Notes: generated by a model from the letters alone, not told the origin. Positions 31,257-41,736 are shown, numbered from the stretch's first letter. The stretch: 64,000 bases of DNA from Promethearchaeota archaeon (GCA_048940645.1 JBHLOI010000001.1:32001-96000); one strand, 5' to 3'. Numbers and translations: made by a program.

Positions 31257-31367
31257 ATGTTGATTTGTAGAAATTGTGGTATGATAATTGATGGGAACAA
31301 TGAAGGATATCTTTTCTGCCGTTCTTGTAATAAGATTACATATTTTATATCATATAGATTTAAGTGA
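31257..31367 (+). CDS. Zinc-ribbon microprotein 1 (36 aa, MLICRNCGMIIDGNNEGYLFCRSCNKITYFISYRFK)
   Basis: Read by hand: ATG 31257, TGA 31365-31367; CxxC-x13-CxxC. Confidence 0.65.
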   Translation: MLICRNCGMIIDGNNEGYLFCRSCNKITYFISYRFK

Positions 31368-31583
31368 TAAAAAGTATAATTTAAAAAGAATTTTGAAAAT
31401 AGAATGAAGCTTGCATTAAAATATTAGATGCAAGTTGACGACCCTGCGAGGGTGCTTTTTTGACCTAATTTATGAAATATTACTATTTCTTAAAATTTGA
31501 GTTATCTAGTTAAGATATTAATATAGAACTATTTCTGTATTAAAATAAGAACTTTTTAAAAGTCAATTCTTTATTCATTTAGT

Positions 31584-31748
31584 ATGAAGGTAGTGGCATG
31601 TAAAGAATGTGGATTCTCCATTGAAAATAAGGATCCTGGAGTTTATTATTGCGAAAATTGCGCTAAAAATAAGAAATTTTTTACAGTTCAAGCTTTTTGC
31701 GGCGCAAAACCTGATAGTGAACTCTATGAACATGAAGAAGCTTCATAA
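31584..31748 (+). CDS. Zinc-ribbon microprotein 2 (54 aa, MKVVACKECGFSIENKDPGVYYCENCAKNKKFFTVQAFCGAKPDSELYEHEEAS)
   Basis: Read by hand: ATG 31584, TAA 31746-31748; CxxC-x13-CxxC. Confidence 0.72.
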   Translation: MKVVACKECGFSIENKDPGVYYCENCAKNKKFFTVQAFCGAKPDSELYEHEEAS

Positions 31749-31831
31749 AAGTTAAAAAAAGTATCCTTTTTCTTTTGATTTTTAATTTTATTGTGCAATA
31801 ATATTTTATTAAACCGCTCTTTCCTTATACT

Positions 31832-32539
31832 ATGACAGAAGCGTTATATATGGACGACTCCTATCTTAAGAAATGGGATGCGAGTGTTGTTAGTGTAAAG
31901 GAAGGTAAATACATCGTGCTAGATAAAACTGCATTTTACCCTAAGGGAGGAGGCCAACCTTGGGATGAAGGTTATATTGGTAAAAATGGTAATATGTTCA
32001 AGGTTGTTTATGTTGGTAAATTTTCGGGACAAATAAGTCATGAAGTCGATAAACCCGGACTTAAAGAAGGAGATCAAGTCTCATGTGAAATCGATTGGGA
32101 TCGCCGATACACATTTATGCGATATCATACTGCTTCTCATTTAATTTCTAATATTCTATTCCGAAGGGCTGATGCCAAAATTACTGGCAATCAAATTGAG
32201 TTGGATAAAACCAGAATGGATTTCTCGATGAAAGATTATTCTCCTGAGAAATTGAAAGAATTTGTGGAAGAAGCAAACATGATTGTACAGCAAAATTTAC
32301 CAATAACAATTGATTATATGTCAAGAGAGGAGGTTATGGGTAAACCAGAGCTTGCCAGGCTAGCCATGGGACTGCCTGAAAAACTTAAAGAATACCGAAT
32401 TGTTAGAATAGGAGATATCGATGAACAAGTAGATGGGGGGACTCATATAAGGAGTCTAAAAGAAATTGGTGAAATAGAGGTTACTAAGACTGTCAATAAG
32501 GGAAAAGATAACCGAAGAATTTATTTTATTGTCAAATAG
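31832..32539 (+). CDS. alaXM: Alanyl-tRNA editing protein AlaX-M
   Basis: LDKTAFYPKGGGQPWD, MRYHTASH (HxxxH), DGGTH. Confidence 0.92.
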   Translation: MTEALYMDDSYLKKWDASVVSVKEGKYIVLDKTAFYPKGGGQPWDEGYIGKNGNMFKVVYVGKFSGQISHEVDKPGLKEGDQVSCEIDWDRRYTFMRYHTASHLISNILFRRADAKITGNQIELDKTRMDFSMKDYSPEKLKEFVEEANMIVQQNLPITIDYMSREEVMGKPELARLAMGLPEKLKEYRIVRIGDIDEQVDGGTHIRSLKEIGEIEVTKTVNKGKDNRRIYFIVK

Positions 32540-32593
32540 TTAATTTGCTGTTTCTTAAGCCTATACTATCCTTTTATAGTAGTTTATTATTCT

Positions 32594-32654
32594 CTACAAA
32601 AAAGTTAAATATAAGCTTATAATCAATTATCAATGATCGTCACTGATCATTGAT
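32594..32654 (+). promoter_or_regulatory. BRE/TATA-like promoter followed by a perfect 10-6-10 palindrome (putative operator)
   Basis: aaaagTTAAATATA, then ATCAATGATC-gtcact-GATCATTGAT (32629-32654). Confidence 0.55.
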
Positions 32655-32726
32655 CCAATAAAAAAGGTTGGAAACTGATAATTTTAACAAGAATCATGTT
32701 TATAATCGATCAATAATCAGTTTAAG

Positions 32727-33644
32727 ATGATCAATTTGAGAAAAAAAAGTTGGCATAAAATGAATAGAATTAAAACAAAAAAATTAGCACTTCTTACCAC
32801 TGTAGTAGTTTTAACCTTGTGTCTCTTACCAACAGCTCAAGCTTATGGCGGAAGTAGCTGCAGTTGTATAAAAATACGACCTATCGAGGATTGGCTCTAT
32901 GCTGGTAATCCATTCGGTTCTGGACCCGGATTTCTGGATCCTGATAATATGTTAATACAGCGATTACTTGAGTTTGTCTTTGACGCAGAATCATATGAGG
33001 GTTCTATTGTTGAATGGTTGATGAAAAGTGGTTCGCTTCTTTATTATTTGTCTATAAAAGTAAAAGGTATATCCATAGCAATACGCGATGCTAATGCGAT
33101 TGGAACCCCCGAAGAGTGGATATTCGTAGGTGAAGTAGATTATACGTATAGAGCGATGTTTGTCCTCGAAAAGGAAATACCTGGAGGACCATTAATGGAT
33201 TGGGATTTTGGACCTCCAGTTCCTGATGAACATGGAAACCCTCAACCGCTTATTGTACCATTTGCGGAAATTCCAGAAGGTGAAAGAGGGCAAGGCGCTG
33301 ATCTTCCAGCATGGTGGGTACTTTATTTTTACGCGCGTGAACTTGGCGGTCATTTTAAGTGGCTTCACTTTAAATCTTATGGTTCTGGCTACTATATTGA
33401 GCCTGGATGGAATCCTCCATTCCAGGGGGGGACTGGGGATCCTATTAGTACAGGAGAAGAAGGAACGGTCGAAGTCAATCAAATGGCGTTTTACAGCTAT
33501 GGCCTTCCTCTGGATGATCCCGATGTATTTCAATTAACCGTATGGTCTGTGCCAGAGGGTGTATTTTATGAAGGAGGACCCGTAGTGCAATCTCCTTTAT
33601 GCATGCCTGAAACTTGGCCTATTGAATACGTTAAATTATACTGA
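32727..33644 (+). CDS. Secreted hypothetical protein
   Basis: Basic N-region, hydrophobic stretch and AQA cleavage-like site; Pro/Gly-rich mature part; visibly more GC-rich than the flanks; start probably MNRIK (32760). Confidence 0.75.
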   Translation: MINLRKKSWHKMNRIKTKKLALLTTVVVLTLCLLPTAQAYGGSSCSCIKIRPIEDWLYAGNPFGSGPGFLDPDNMLIQRLLEFVFDAESYEGSIVEWLMKSGSLLYYLSIKVKGISIAIRDANAIGTPEEWIFVGEVDYTYRAMFVLEKEIPGGPLMDWDFGPPVPDEHGNPQPLIVPFAEIPEGERGQGADLPAWWVLYFYARELGGHFKWLHFKSYGSGYYIEPGWNPPFQGGTGDPISTGEEGTVEVNQMAFYSYGLPLDDPDVFQLTVWSVPEGVFYEGGPVVQSPLCMPETWPIEYVKLY

Positions 33645-33690
33645 ATGACCTAAATATAAATAAACTAAAAGTAATAAATTTTAAAATAAA

Positions 33691-33787
33691 ATATAGAAAG
33701 CGGAGGAAATAGTTTAGATATACGGCATTGGGCATACCCTAACCTAAACCAAACATCCTCCTACTCTATATATCTTTTTTTTCTTTT
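33691..33787 (+). terminator. Long 3' hairpin plus U-tract, copy 1
   Basis: atatagaaagcggagga...tcctcctactctatat stem with inner gtttag/ctaaac and ggg/ccc helices, followed by a T-run. Confidence 0.55.
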
Positions 33788-33960
33788 TAAATTTTTGGCA
33801 AGAAGTTCATTAATAGTCAAAAAATTAAAACTGTAAATATGGGGAATTATAAATGTAAAATATATTTCATTCTCAAATAGTTCATTTACTTTTTCTTGAG
33901 CCATTTTCTTTACCCGGTTTTGCTTGTTTATCATAGAAATGATATTTACAAAAAGTTAAT

Positions 33961-33997
33961 ATTCGAACTTCGTGAAAAGTTTCGAAGCTAAATCTAA
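33961..33997 (+). repeat. 37-bp palindromic element, copy 1
   Basis: ATTCGAACTTCGTGAAAAGTTTCGAAGCTAAATCTAA; 36/37 identical to the reverse complement of 44947-44983. Confidence 0.85.
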
Positions 33998-34104
33998 AAA
34001 TTACTTTATGTGATAAATTTTAGTTAGCACCAATTTAAAACACAAAATTGCTGCTATCATGAAATCTTATGTAAAAAAATCAAATAAAAAAATGGTCTAA
34101 AAAA

Positions 34105-35415
34105 ATGAAAATGAAAACAAAGGCAAGTCTATTAATCGGAATCTTTGCATTAGCAATGGTATTTGGAATATTTACTATGGTAATCGCACCAATTCGCGCT
34201 GATCCAGGTACTTTTATTGTATCTCCATCAGGTGGAGACGATACTGGAGCCATACAACAAGCATTCGAAGATGCCAAAGCAGCAGGTCCAGGAAGCACCG
34301 TTCAGCTAACTGCTGGACAATTTTATACAAATGCTACTTTTGTTGAAAATTTCTATGGTACATTTAAGGGAGCAGGCAAGGATCTTACTACAATTGATGT
34401 TCTTAAAGGAATATATCCTGAAGAGGGAGGAGTAGTTGGTCCTTATGGTAATCATCTATTTACGTTTGAAGGGGGCGATATATGCATTTCAGATTTAGGT
34501 TTTGAGATTACACCTGAAAAGCCTGCTGGATTATCATATGATGGTACTTACGATTTATTTACAATTTTAATAACAGGGGAAATAAATTCCCGAATTGAAC
34601 GTGTTAAATTAACTGGTCATGAAGGAGATCAATCAGGGTATCCAGTTGGGCATCCTCTTTCGGAAAAGACTTATAATGTGAGATTAGGAGTTGAATATAT
34701 GGCATGTCTAAATGGAAAACACACTTTTACTAAATGTGAATTTGACTCATTATGGTTAGGTATTACTGTGTGGATGGTAATGAATTGTGAATTGACAATT
34801 ACATCAAATTCAATTAAAGGAGGTGCTATTGGAATAATTAATGCGATAAATGACAACTCAAAATTTGAGATTTCTAGTAATTATATTGAGACAACTTATT
34901 TTGGTGGCATTTGGGCAATACAGGATCTTCCCGTGGAATCTGCTTCCCAGTGGCTTATAACTCATAATACTATAAAAGTATTATCTAGCGACTCCGATGG
35001 TATATTTTTGGCGGATTTTTTGTCGTTCAAATCACTTGAAGCAGTTGTTTCGAATAATGAAATTACTTTAGATGATGCAAATTGGGGCGGAATTTGGACA
35101 TTTGGGTTAGAGGATGCTTTTATCTATAGAAACGTCATTCGTGGTGCAGGCCTTTATGGGATTGGATGCGTTTTTATCAGTGATAGCTTGATTCTTAGCA
35201 ATAAAATATCAAATAGTGAAAATAATGGAATGAATTTTTTCCAAGCAAGCAATAACTTAATTCTAGGAAATTATATTAGAAACAATGGAGGCTGGGGGTT
35301 ATTTATGGCAGGAAGCAATGATAATTGCATAGCTGTGAATCTATTTTATAATAATGCTCTAGGCAACATTTATGATGACGGTATAAACAAGTACAAGTGG
35401 AATATACAATTTTAG
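34105..35415 (+). CDS. Secreted right-handed parallel beta-helix protein (pectin-lyase/NosD-like)
   Basis: Signal peptide, DDTGAIQQAF..A....TVQL..G.F, repeated I..N.I....GI motifs. Confidence 0.82.
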   Translation: MKMKTKASLLIGIFALAMVFGIFTMVIAPIRADPGTFIVSPSGGDDTGAIQQAFEDAKAAGPGSTVQLTAGQFYTNATFVENFYGTFKGAGKDLTTIDVLKGIYPEEGGVVGPYGNHLFTFEGGDICISDLGFEITPEKPAGLSYDGTYDLFTILITGEINSRIERVKLTGHEGDQSGYPVGHPLSEKTYNVRLGVEYMACLNGKHTFTKCEFDSLWLGITVWMVMNCELTITSNSIKGGAIGIINAINDNSKFEISSNYIETTYFGGIWAIQDLPVESASQWLITHNTIKVLSSDSDGIFLADFLSFKSLEAVVSNNEITLDDANWGGIWTFGLEDAFIYRNVIRGAGLYGIGCVFISDSLILSNKISNSENNGMNFFQASNNLILGNYIRNNGGWGLFMAGSNDNCIAVNLFYNNALGNIYDDGINKYKWNIQF

Positions 35416-35472
35416 AACAGGAAAGAACCACTAACGAGTAAATTTTTCATTTCCATATATTTGTAATGAAAT

Positions 35473-35530
35473 AATAGAGAATGGAGGAAAAGTAACAACC
35501 TTTTCCTCCTATTCTATTCCTTTTTTTTTT
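35473..35530 (+). terminator. 3' hairpin plus U-tract, copy 2
   Basis: aatagagaatggaggaaaag / cttttcctcctattctatt followed by T10; arms similar to 33691-33771. Confidence 0.6.
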
Positions 35531-35702
35531 AAACTTATCCGAGATAAGATAATTTTTTTTACACATCTTAGTTCATAAATGATCAAAAACCTTAATTATG
35601 AATATATCTAATTTTTATTCTATAGCATTTTTGTGAAATCTAAAAAAAGTATCTATTATAATAATCTTAATTAAATAAGAAATGACCGAAGTGTAGTTTA
35701 AG

Positions 35703-37523
35703 ATGAGTACAGATAATAAACCACCAAAGAAAAAAATACCTAAAAAGGAAGGCCGATTATTAACGAAAAAGCCAATTGTAGTTTTTGGTATAGTGGCTAT
35801 TGTAGCTACAGCAGGGATTTTTGGCGGTATATTTATCTTTATAAGCATACCAGAGGAAAAAGTACTATATGTCTCATATATGGGTGCAGCTGGAGGTATT
35901 GATCCTCTTCAAACATGGGCTCCAACAGATTATGAGATAATAAGTCAAGCTGCTGAAGGTTTATTCACTCATGATTCGGCTAACGAACAGTCCCAAATAA
36001 TCCATAACCTAGCTGTAAGTCATTCCTGGAATGTGAATGCGACAGAATTAACATGCCAGTTAAGAAGATTTGTCCGGTTCCATGATGGGACTCGTTTTGA
36101 TGCTGAGGCCGTTCAGTGGAATATTGATAGAATATACACTTTAATCGACAATTATCAAATGCATTGGACGAAGGCACAATATTGGATATTTCCCGATGGA
36201 AATCGAACGAACATGCATAAACATCATATTATAAACAAAACAGTTATTGATGGTGATTATAATGTGAAGTTTATATTAAATAGGCCCTATATATCCCTCA
36301 CTGCCTTATTAGCCTCTCATACTGCATTTATGTTATCTCCTGCTTCTACACCAAGTGATCTTTTTATTGATCGTGTAAATGGAACGATAATCGGAACGGG
36401 GCCATTTATTTATGATTCAGCTGACTTTATATACGAGCCAATTATAGACTTTTTTATTAACGTTAAGACCACATTCTCCTCCAATCCAAACTATTGGGGT
36501 GGCAAACCACAGATAGACAAATTAATTTTCAAGCGTTATCCAACTACTGAAGCTAGATATAATGCGATTTTATCAGGAGAACTTTCTGTTTTAAGTGGAT
36601 ATGTTGAATTACTTATGGATACAGATCAGGTTATTAATATCTACTATGATAATGACATCCTAGATACATTTATAAATCATCCCGATATTATAGTAGAAGA
36701 AGGGCCTCCTGCTACAACTTTTCTTTATCTTATAATGAACAACGAATTAATCAATGTAACTATGAGAAAAGCAATCTCATATGCTTTTAATTACTCAGCT
36801 TTTATTGATAAATGGTTAAACGGTCATGGAACAATACCAAAGTCCCCTATACCAGAGGGAGTATTATATTCAAATTCTACTGATATTGATATTCCTTATT
36901 ATAATATTTCAATAGCAAGACAAACGTTAAAAGATGTTAATTGGAGTGGATTAGCTGGAGCTTTAACCGTTGATAATAATGTTTCTACTGGTAACGAATG
37001 GGAAAAATTAGTAGATGATGGGACACCTCTAATTACATACAACTATACAACTCTTCCATCACCATTTTCTGATACACTTTTGGATATTTTGACGGAAAAT
37101 TTAAAACAAATAGGTATCAAAGTAGTAGATGCCAATGTAACAATTAATGAATATTTTTCTATATTTATGGAAATACCACCTTATCATTTGAACATGGTTG
37201 AACTTAGCTGGGTGAATTTTGTTCCTAAATTTAATGATCCTAGCAGTATTATCAACATTTTATGTTCAAATAATGCATTAGATTTAAATTATTGTCAGAT
37301 TAATGACAATTCTACTCAAGATTTAATGGAACTTGCTCTAGCAGAAACTAATGAGGTTGTAAGAGAACAACTATACTACCAAATTCAAAAGCGTTTAATT
37401 GAAGAGGTCTTTCCAATGTGTTATCTTTATAATAAACATTATTTTAACATATATCGATCCAATGTAAGGGGATTACAAGTTAATCATTTTTGTTCAACAT
37501 ATAAAAACGTGGATTTCATATAG
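35703..37523 (+). CDS. ABC-type peptide/nickel solute-binding protein (family 5), paralog 1
   Basis: N-terminal TM anchor, LAVSHSW, VRFHDGTRFDAEAV, IGTGPF, NPNYWG, MRKAISYA. Confidence 0.9.
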   Translation: MSTDNKPPKKKIPKKEGRLLTKKPIVVFGIVAIVATAGIFGGIFIFISIPEEKVLYVSYMGAAGGIDPLQTWAPTDYEIISQAAEGLFTHDSANEQSQIIHNLAVSHSWNVNATELTCQLRRFVRFHDGTRFDAEAVQWNIDRIYTLIDNYQMHWTKAQYWIFPDGNRTNMHKHHIINKTVIDGDYNVKFILNRPYISLTALLASHTAFMLSPASTPSDLFIDRVNGTIIGTGPFIYDSADFIYEPIIDFFINVKTTFSSNPNYWGGKPQIDKLIFKRYPTTEARYNAILSGELSVLSGYVELLMDTDQVINIYYDNDILDTFINHPDIIVEEGPPATTFLYLIMNNELINVTMRKAISYAFNYSAFIDKWLNGHGTIPKSPIPEGVLYSNSTDIDIPYYNISIARQTLKDVNWSGLAGALTVDNNVSTGNEWEKLVDDGTPLITYNYTTLPSPFSDTLLDILTENLKQIGIKVVDANVTINEYFSIFMEIPPYHLNMVELSWVNFVPKFNDPSSIINILCSNNALDLNYCQINDNSTQDLMELALAETNEVVREQLYYQIQKRLIEEVFPMCYLYNKHYFNIYRSNVRGLQVNHFCSTYKNVDFI

Positions 37524-37576
37524 GGATTTGTTGTATACTAACCTTAATTTAAATCATATTTTTTTAAATTATCGAT

Positions 37577-38578
37577 TCAAATATTTTGGATATCGAGATC
37601 ATAATAGCCATTTGGTAAACTAAACGATAGATTATAATTATTTAATGCTGGATAATCATTAGAGTTTAGCGTATAAATATCAATCCCATCAACAACAACT
37701 AAATCTGGCTCTTCAAACCCTACAATCTGAGTAAGTTGTTGTTGGAACTGGGCATCATTTGGGTTTGGACATAATATAAAATGAGCACCAACATCAACAT
37801 TACTATCTAAATAAGCCAATCTATAATTTCCAATGTGCGTCATAACTGTACCAGTTATATTTGCACCCATAGTTATATGTTGATTGATTTCAATAACAAT
37901 GTTTCCAATATCAGTAGTAAAAGTCCATAAATTATTTTTCATGTATTCCACATTATTCGTTTCTAATTTTATATTCCCTGTTTCTTGGACAATTCCCGTT
38001 ATTTCTCCTTCCAATATACAATTTGAAAAGTAAAAATTTATATTACCTTTCGTAACATTACTTAAAATATCCCCAATAGAATGGTAATATGGAACTGTTA
38101 TCTTAACATCTCCCTCAATATTAACAATTACACTAATATCACAAAAAACATCTGCTTTAAGAGTTACAGTAATTTTAACATTCTTTATTACTGATAATAC
38201 TCTAGCGTGGTCTATACTTGTTTTTAACTCCACCGTAAAATTTACAATACCGCTAGTATTTTGCCAAATAATATTAAAATAATCAAAATATGATTTTTCA
38301 GCTAAACCTGAACCAAGCATTTCAAGATTGAGTTCTACTCTTGCAGAATAATCAACTGGTTCATAAATATAGCCTATTTCAATATCTCCTATATCTGTAT
38401 TGATATTCAACTCTTTCATAAAAGAAGAATTACTAGGGTTATAGTAGAAGGGAATTGACTCTTCAATTTTACCATAAGGCGCGAGAGTAGTTGATATAAT
38501 AAAGATAGGAATAGAAATAATTAGACTCATACCGAAAATTAAAGTTATGCTAATTGCTAATGTAATTTTATTTGCCAT
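37577..38578 (-). CDS. Membrane-anchored DUF4097/adhesin-like protein, paralog 1
   Basis: N-terminal TM; repeated (T/D).G(D/N)I beta-units; related to 15078..16172 and 40735..41736. Confidence 0.7.
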   Translation of the reverse strand: MANKITLAISITLIFGMSLIISIPIFIISTTLAPYGKIEESIPFYYNPSNSSFMKELNINTDIGDIEIGYIYEPVDYSARVELNLEMLGSGLAEKSYFDYFNIIWQNTSGIVNFTVELKTSIDHARVLSVIKNVKITVTLKADVFCDISVIVNIEGDVKITVPYYHSIGDILSNVTKGNINFYFSNCILEGEITGIVQETGNIKLETNNVEYMKNNLWTFTTDIGNIVIEINQHITMGANITGTVMTHIGNYRLAYLDSNVDVGAHFILCPNPNDAQFQQQLTQIVGFEEPDLVVVDGIDIYTLNSNDYPALNNYNLSFSLPNGYYDLDIQNI

Positions 38579-38815
38579 CGTTGAATTTCCATGAGTAAAA
38601 TTATAGATTCTTTAATTAATTATATATATGATAATCTTATTTAAACTATTTCTTAAATTCGCACGCAAATCTTAAAAAACAAGATAAATCAGCATTAAAA
38701 TTCAAATTTTCCGTTAAAAATAGATTACTTCAAAGTAGAATGAAACGAAACTGGTCTATTAATGATCAAAAACCTTAATTATGAATCTACCTAGTTATTA
38801 TTTTGCATCACTATA

Positions 38816-40636
38816 GTGAAATCTAAAAGGGTTTTAATAGGAGTAATCAAGATGTATTTTAAGATGAATTCAGAAAATAAAGCACCAAAGAAAAAATTAC
38901 CGAAAAAGAAAGGCCGATTATTAAGAGAAAAACCAATAGTAGTTTTTGGAATAGTTGCTGCTGTGGCCATAGCAGGGCTTATTGGTGGAATAACTATCTT
39001 TATAAGCATACCAGAGGAAAAAATACTATATATCTCATATAAAGATTTAGCTTTTCTTGATCCACATCAAACCTGGGTTCCTGATGATTACGAGATAATT
39101 AATCAAGTTACTGAAGGTTTGTTTGCTCATAACTCGACTAATGGACAGTCCCAAATTATCCATAACCTAGCTGTAAGTCATTCCTGGAATGTTAATGCGA
39201 CAGAACTAACATGCCAGTTAAGAAGATTTGTTCGATTCCATGATGGAACTCGTTTTGATGCTGAGGCCGTTCAGTGGAATATTGATAGAATATACACTTT
39301 AATTGATAACGGTAAAATGCATTTTGGAATAGCTCAATACTGGTTATTTTCCGATGGAATGCATATTATAAACAAAACTGAAATTATAGATTATCATAAA
39401 ATAAAGTTTATTTTAAACAAACCCTATATCCCTCTCACTGCATTATTAGCTTCTGCAATTTCATTTATAGTCTCGCCTACTTCTACTCCTAAAGATGATT
39501 TTATTGATAAATATACAGGAGCTTTAATTGGTACTGGTCCTTTTATGTTCAAAGTTTATAAAGAATTTCATAGTACAATATTCGCTTCTAATCCAAATTA
39601 TTGGGGTGGAATCCCAAAGTTTGATAAATTAATTTTCAAATTCTATGTAACCCCTGAAGATAAATTTGAAGCAATTTTGTCTGGAGAATTGTCAATGTTA
39701 AGTGGCTATAATGAATTAAATTCTCATGGCTTTTATTGGGATTCCTATGGAATTTATGATAATGATGTCTTAGATTCATTTATAAATCATCCTGATATAA
39801 TAGTAGAAGAAGGCCCACCAACGACCAATTTTGATTACCTTTTAATGAATAACGAATTGATTAATATAACTATGAGAAAAGCAATATCCTATGCCTGTAA
39901 TTATTCAGCTTACATAGAAAGGTGGCTAGATGGTCATGGAACGAGACTTAGATCTCCTATTCCAGATGGATTTTTATACTCTAATACAACAGATATTAAT
40001 ATTCCTTATTATAATATTTCATTAGCGCGACAAACGTTAAAGGATGTGAATTGGAATGGATTGGCCGGTGCTTTAACAGCTGATGATAACATTTCTGCAG
40101 GTAATGAATGGGAAAAATTAGTAGATGATGGAACACCTCTTGCTACATATAACTTTACATATCTATTAGGTATGCTAAATGGCATTGTTTTTTTTAATAT
40201 AACAAAAGAAAATCTTAAACAAATTGGAATAAAGATAGAAGCTGTTAAATTAACTCCTGGAGTATTTATGCAAATTTTTTGGGAAATACCACCTTATCAC
40301 TTGAATATGGTTGAACTTTCTCATATGGGATATATCACACGATTTAATGATCCTAGCAGTATTATTAACATTTTATGTTCAAATAAAGCATTAGATAATA
40401 ATTATTGTCAAGTTAATGACAATTCGACTCAGGACTTAATGGAACTTGCTATAGCAGAAACTAATGAAGTTGTAAGAGAACAATTATACTATCAAATTCA
40501 AAAGCGACTAATTGAAGAAATCTTCCCAATGTGTTATCTTTTCGTAAGAAATCATTTTAAAATTTACCGATCGAATTTAAATGGATTAGATGTTAACCAT
40601 TTTAATCCTGTATATAAAGATATTTATTTTATTTGA
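38816..40636 (+). CDS. ABC-type peptide/nickel solute-binding protein (family 5), paralog 2
   Basis: Paralog of 35703..37523; true start probably ATG 38864 (MNSENK) by alignment. Confidence 0.9.
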   Translation: MKSKRVLIGVIKMYFKMNSENKAPKKKLPKKKGRLLREKPIVVFGIVAAVAIAGLIGGITIFISIPEEKILYISYKDLAFLDPHQTWVPDDYEIINQVTEGLFAHNSTNGQSQIIHNLAVSHSWNVNATELTCQLRRFVRFHDGTRFDAEAVQWNIDRIYTLIDNGKMHFGIAQYWLFSDGMHIINKTEIIDYHKIKFILNKPYIPLTALLASAISFIVSPTSTPKDDFIDKYTGALIGTGPFMFKVYKEFHSTIFASNPNYWGGIPKFDKLIFKFYVTPEDKFEAILSGELSMLSGYNELNSHGFYWDSYGIYDNDVLDSFINHPDIIVEEGPPTTNFDYLLMNNELINITMRKAISYACNYSAYIERWLDGHGTRLRSPIPDGFLYSNTTDINIPYYNISLARQTLKDVNWNGLAGALTADDNISAGNEWEKLVDDGTPLATYNFTYLLGMLNGIVFFNITKENLKQIGIKIEAVKLTPGVFMQIFWEIPPYHLNMVELSHMGYITRFNDPSSIINILCSNKALDNNYCQVNDNSTQDLMELAIAETNEVVREQLYYQIQKRLIEEIFPMCYLFVRNHFKIYRSNLNGLDVNHFNPVYKDIYFI

Positions 40637-40734
40637 TACATCAAATAGCTAATAATTAGATAAATTGTTAAAATTAGATAAATCATTAAAATTTTTATAC
40701 TTAAAAGTGTAATTAAATAAAATCAGAGACTTCT

Positions 40735-41736
40735 CTAAGTGTTGTGAAGCTCTAGCTCTTCAAATATTCCAAATGGAAAATTAAACAACCAATTATAATT
40801 ATATTGTGAAGGATAATCGTCGGAAGTTATATGATAAACATCTGTATTGTTTACAGGTAATACAATATATGCAAACCCTGTAATCTCCGTAATCTTTTGA
40901 TTGATAGCATAATCATCTGGATGTACATGTAATATGAAATATGCACCAACATCATCAGTATTGTCCCTATAAATAAATAGGTAATTACCAGTAATTGTTG
41001 TAATAATACCAGTTATATTAGCATTCGCAGCTTCATTTTGATCGATTTCAATAAGGATATCGCCAATATTAGCATAAAGAGACCACATGCTATTTTGGTA
41101 ATATTCTACATTATAGCTTTTTATTTTTATATCCCCTCTATCTTGGATAATTCCAGTAATATTTCCCTTTAAAATGCAATTAATAAAATCGTATTGAATC
41201 CCACCTTTAGTAACGCTACTTAATATATTCCCAATAGAGTGAAAAGATGGAACTGTTATCTTTACGTTTCCTTCAAGATTAACGAGAATATTAATATCAC
41301 ATAATACATCTGCTTTGAGAAATACACTTATGTTTACATTTTTTATTTGGGATAATACTTCAACATAGTTTATACCTGTTTTTAACTCCATGGTCAAGTT
41401 TACAAGACCACTTGTATTTTGCCATAAAATATTAAAATAGTCTAAATATGTTTTTCCAGCTAAACCTAAACCGAGCATCTCAATCTCTATTTCTACTTTC
41501 GCACAATAATCAACTGGTTCATTAATATATTTTATATCAATCTCCCCTACATCTGCATTGATATTCAAGCTTTCCATAAAAGAACTATTACCAGGGTTAT
41601 AATAGAATAGAATTGACTCATCAATAATGCCATAAGGTAAAAGAGTAGTTGAGATTATTAAAGCAGGTATCGAAATAATTAGAGCGATTCCGAAAACGAT
41701 AATTATAATAATTATTATTCCAGTTTTATTCGCCAT
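40735..41736 (-). CDS. Membrane-anchored DUF4097/adhesin-like protein, paralog 2
   Basis: Same length (333 aa) as, and clearly similar to, 37577..38578. Confidence 0.7.
   Translation of the reverse strand: MANKTGIIIIIIIVFGIALIISIPALIISTTLLPYGIIDESILFYYNPGNSSFMESLNINADVGEIDIKYINEPVDYCAKVEIEIEMLGLGLAGKTYLDYFNILWQNTSGLVNLTMELKTGINYVEVLSQIKNVNISVFLKADVLCDINILVNLEGNVKITVPSFHSIGNILSSVTKGGIQYDFINCILKGNITGIIQDRGDIKIKSYNVEYYQNSMWSLYANIGDILIEIDQNEAANANITGIITTITGNYLFIYRDNTDDVGAYFILHVHPDDYAINQKITEITGFAYIVLPVNNTDVYHITSDDYPSQYNYNWLFNFPFGIFEELELHNT

Noticed and set aside
31832-32539. AlaX zinc motif DGGTH instead of CGGTH
   Set aside because: A variant I recall from other archaeal AlaX-M proteins; not evidence of inactivation
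33700-33775. GC-richer structured intergenic stretch considered as a tRNA
   Set aside because: No T-loop GTTCRA or cloverleaf; better explained as a 3' hairpin
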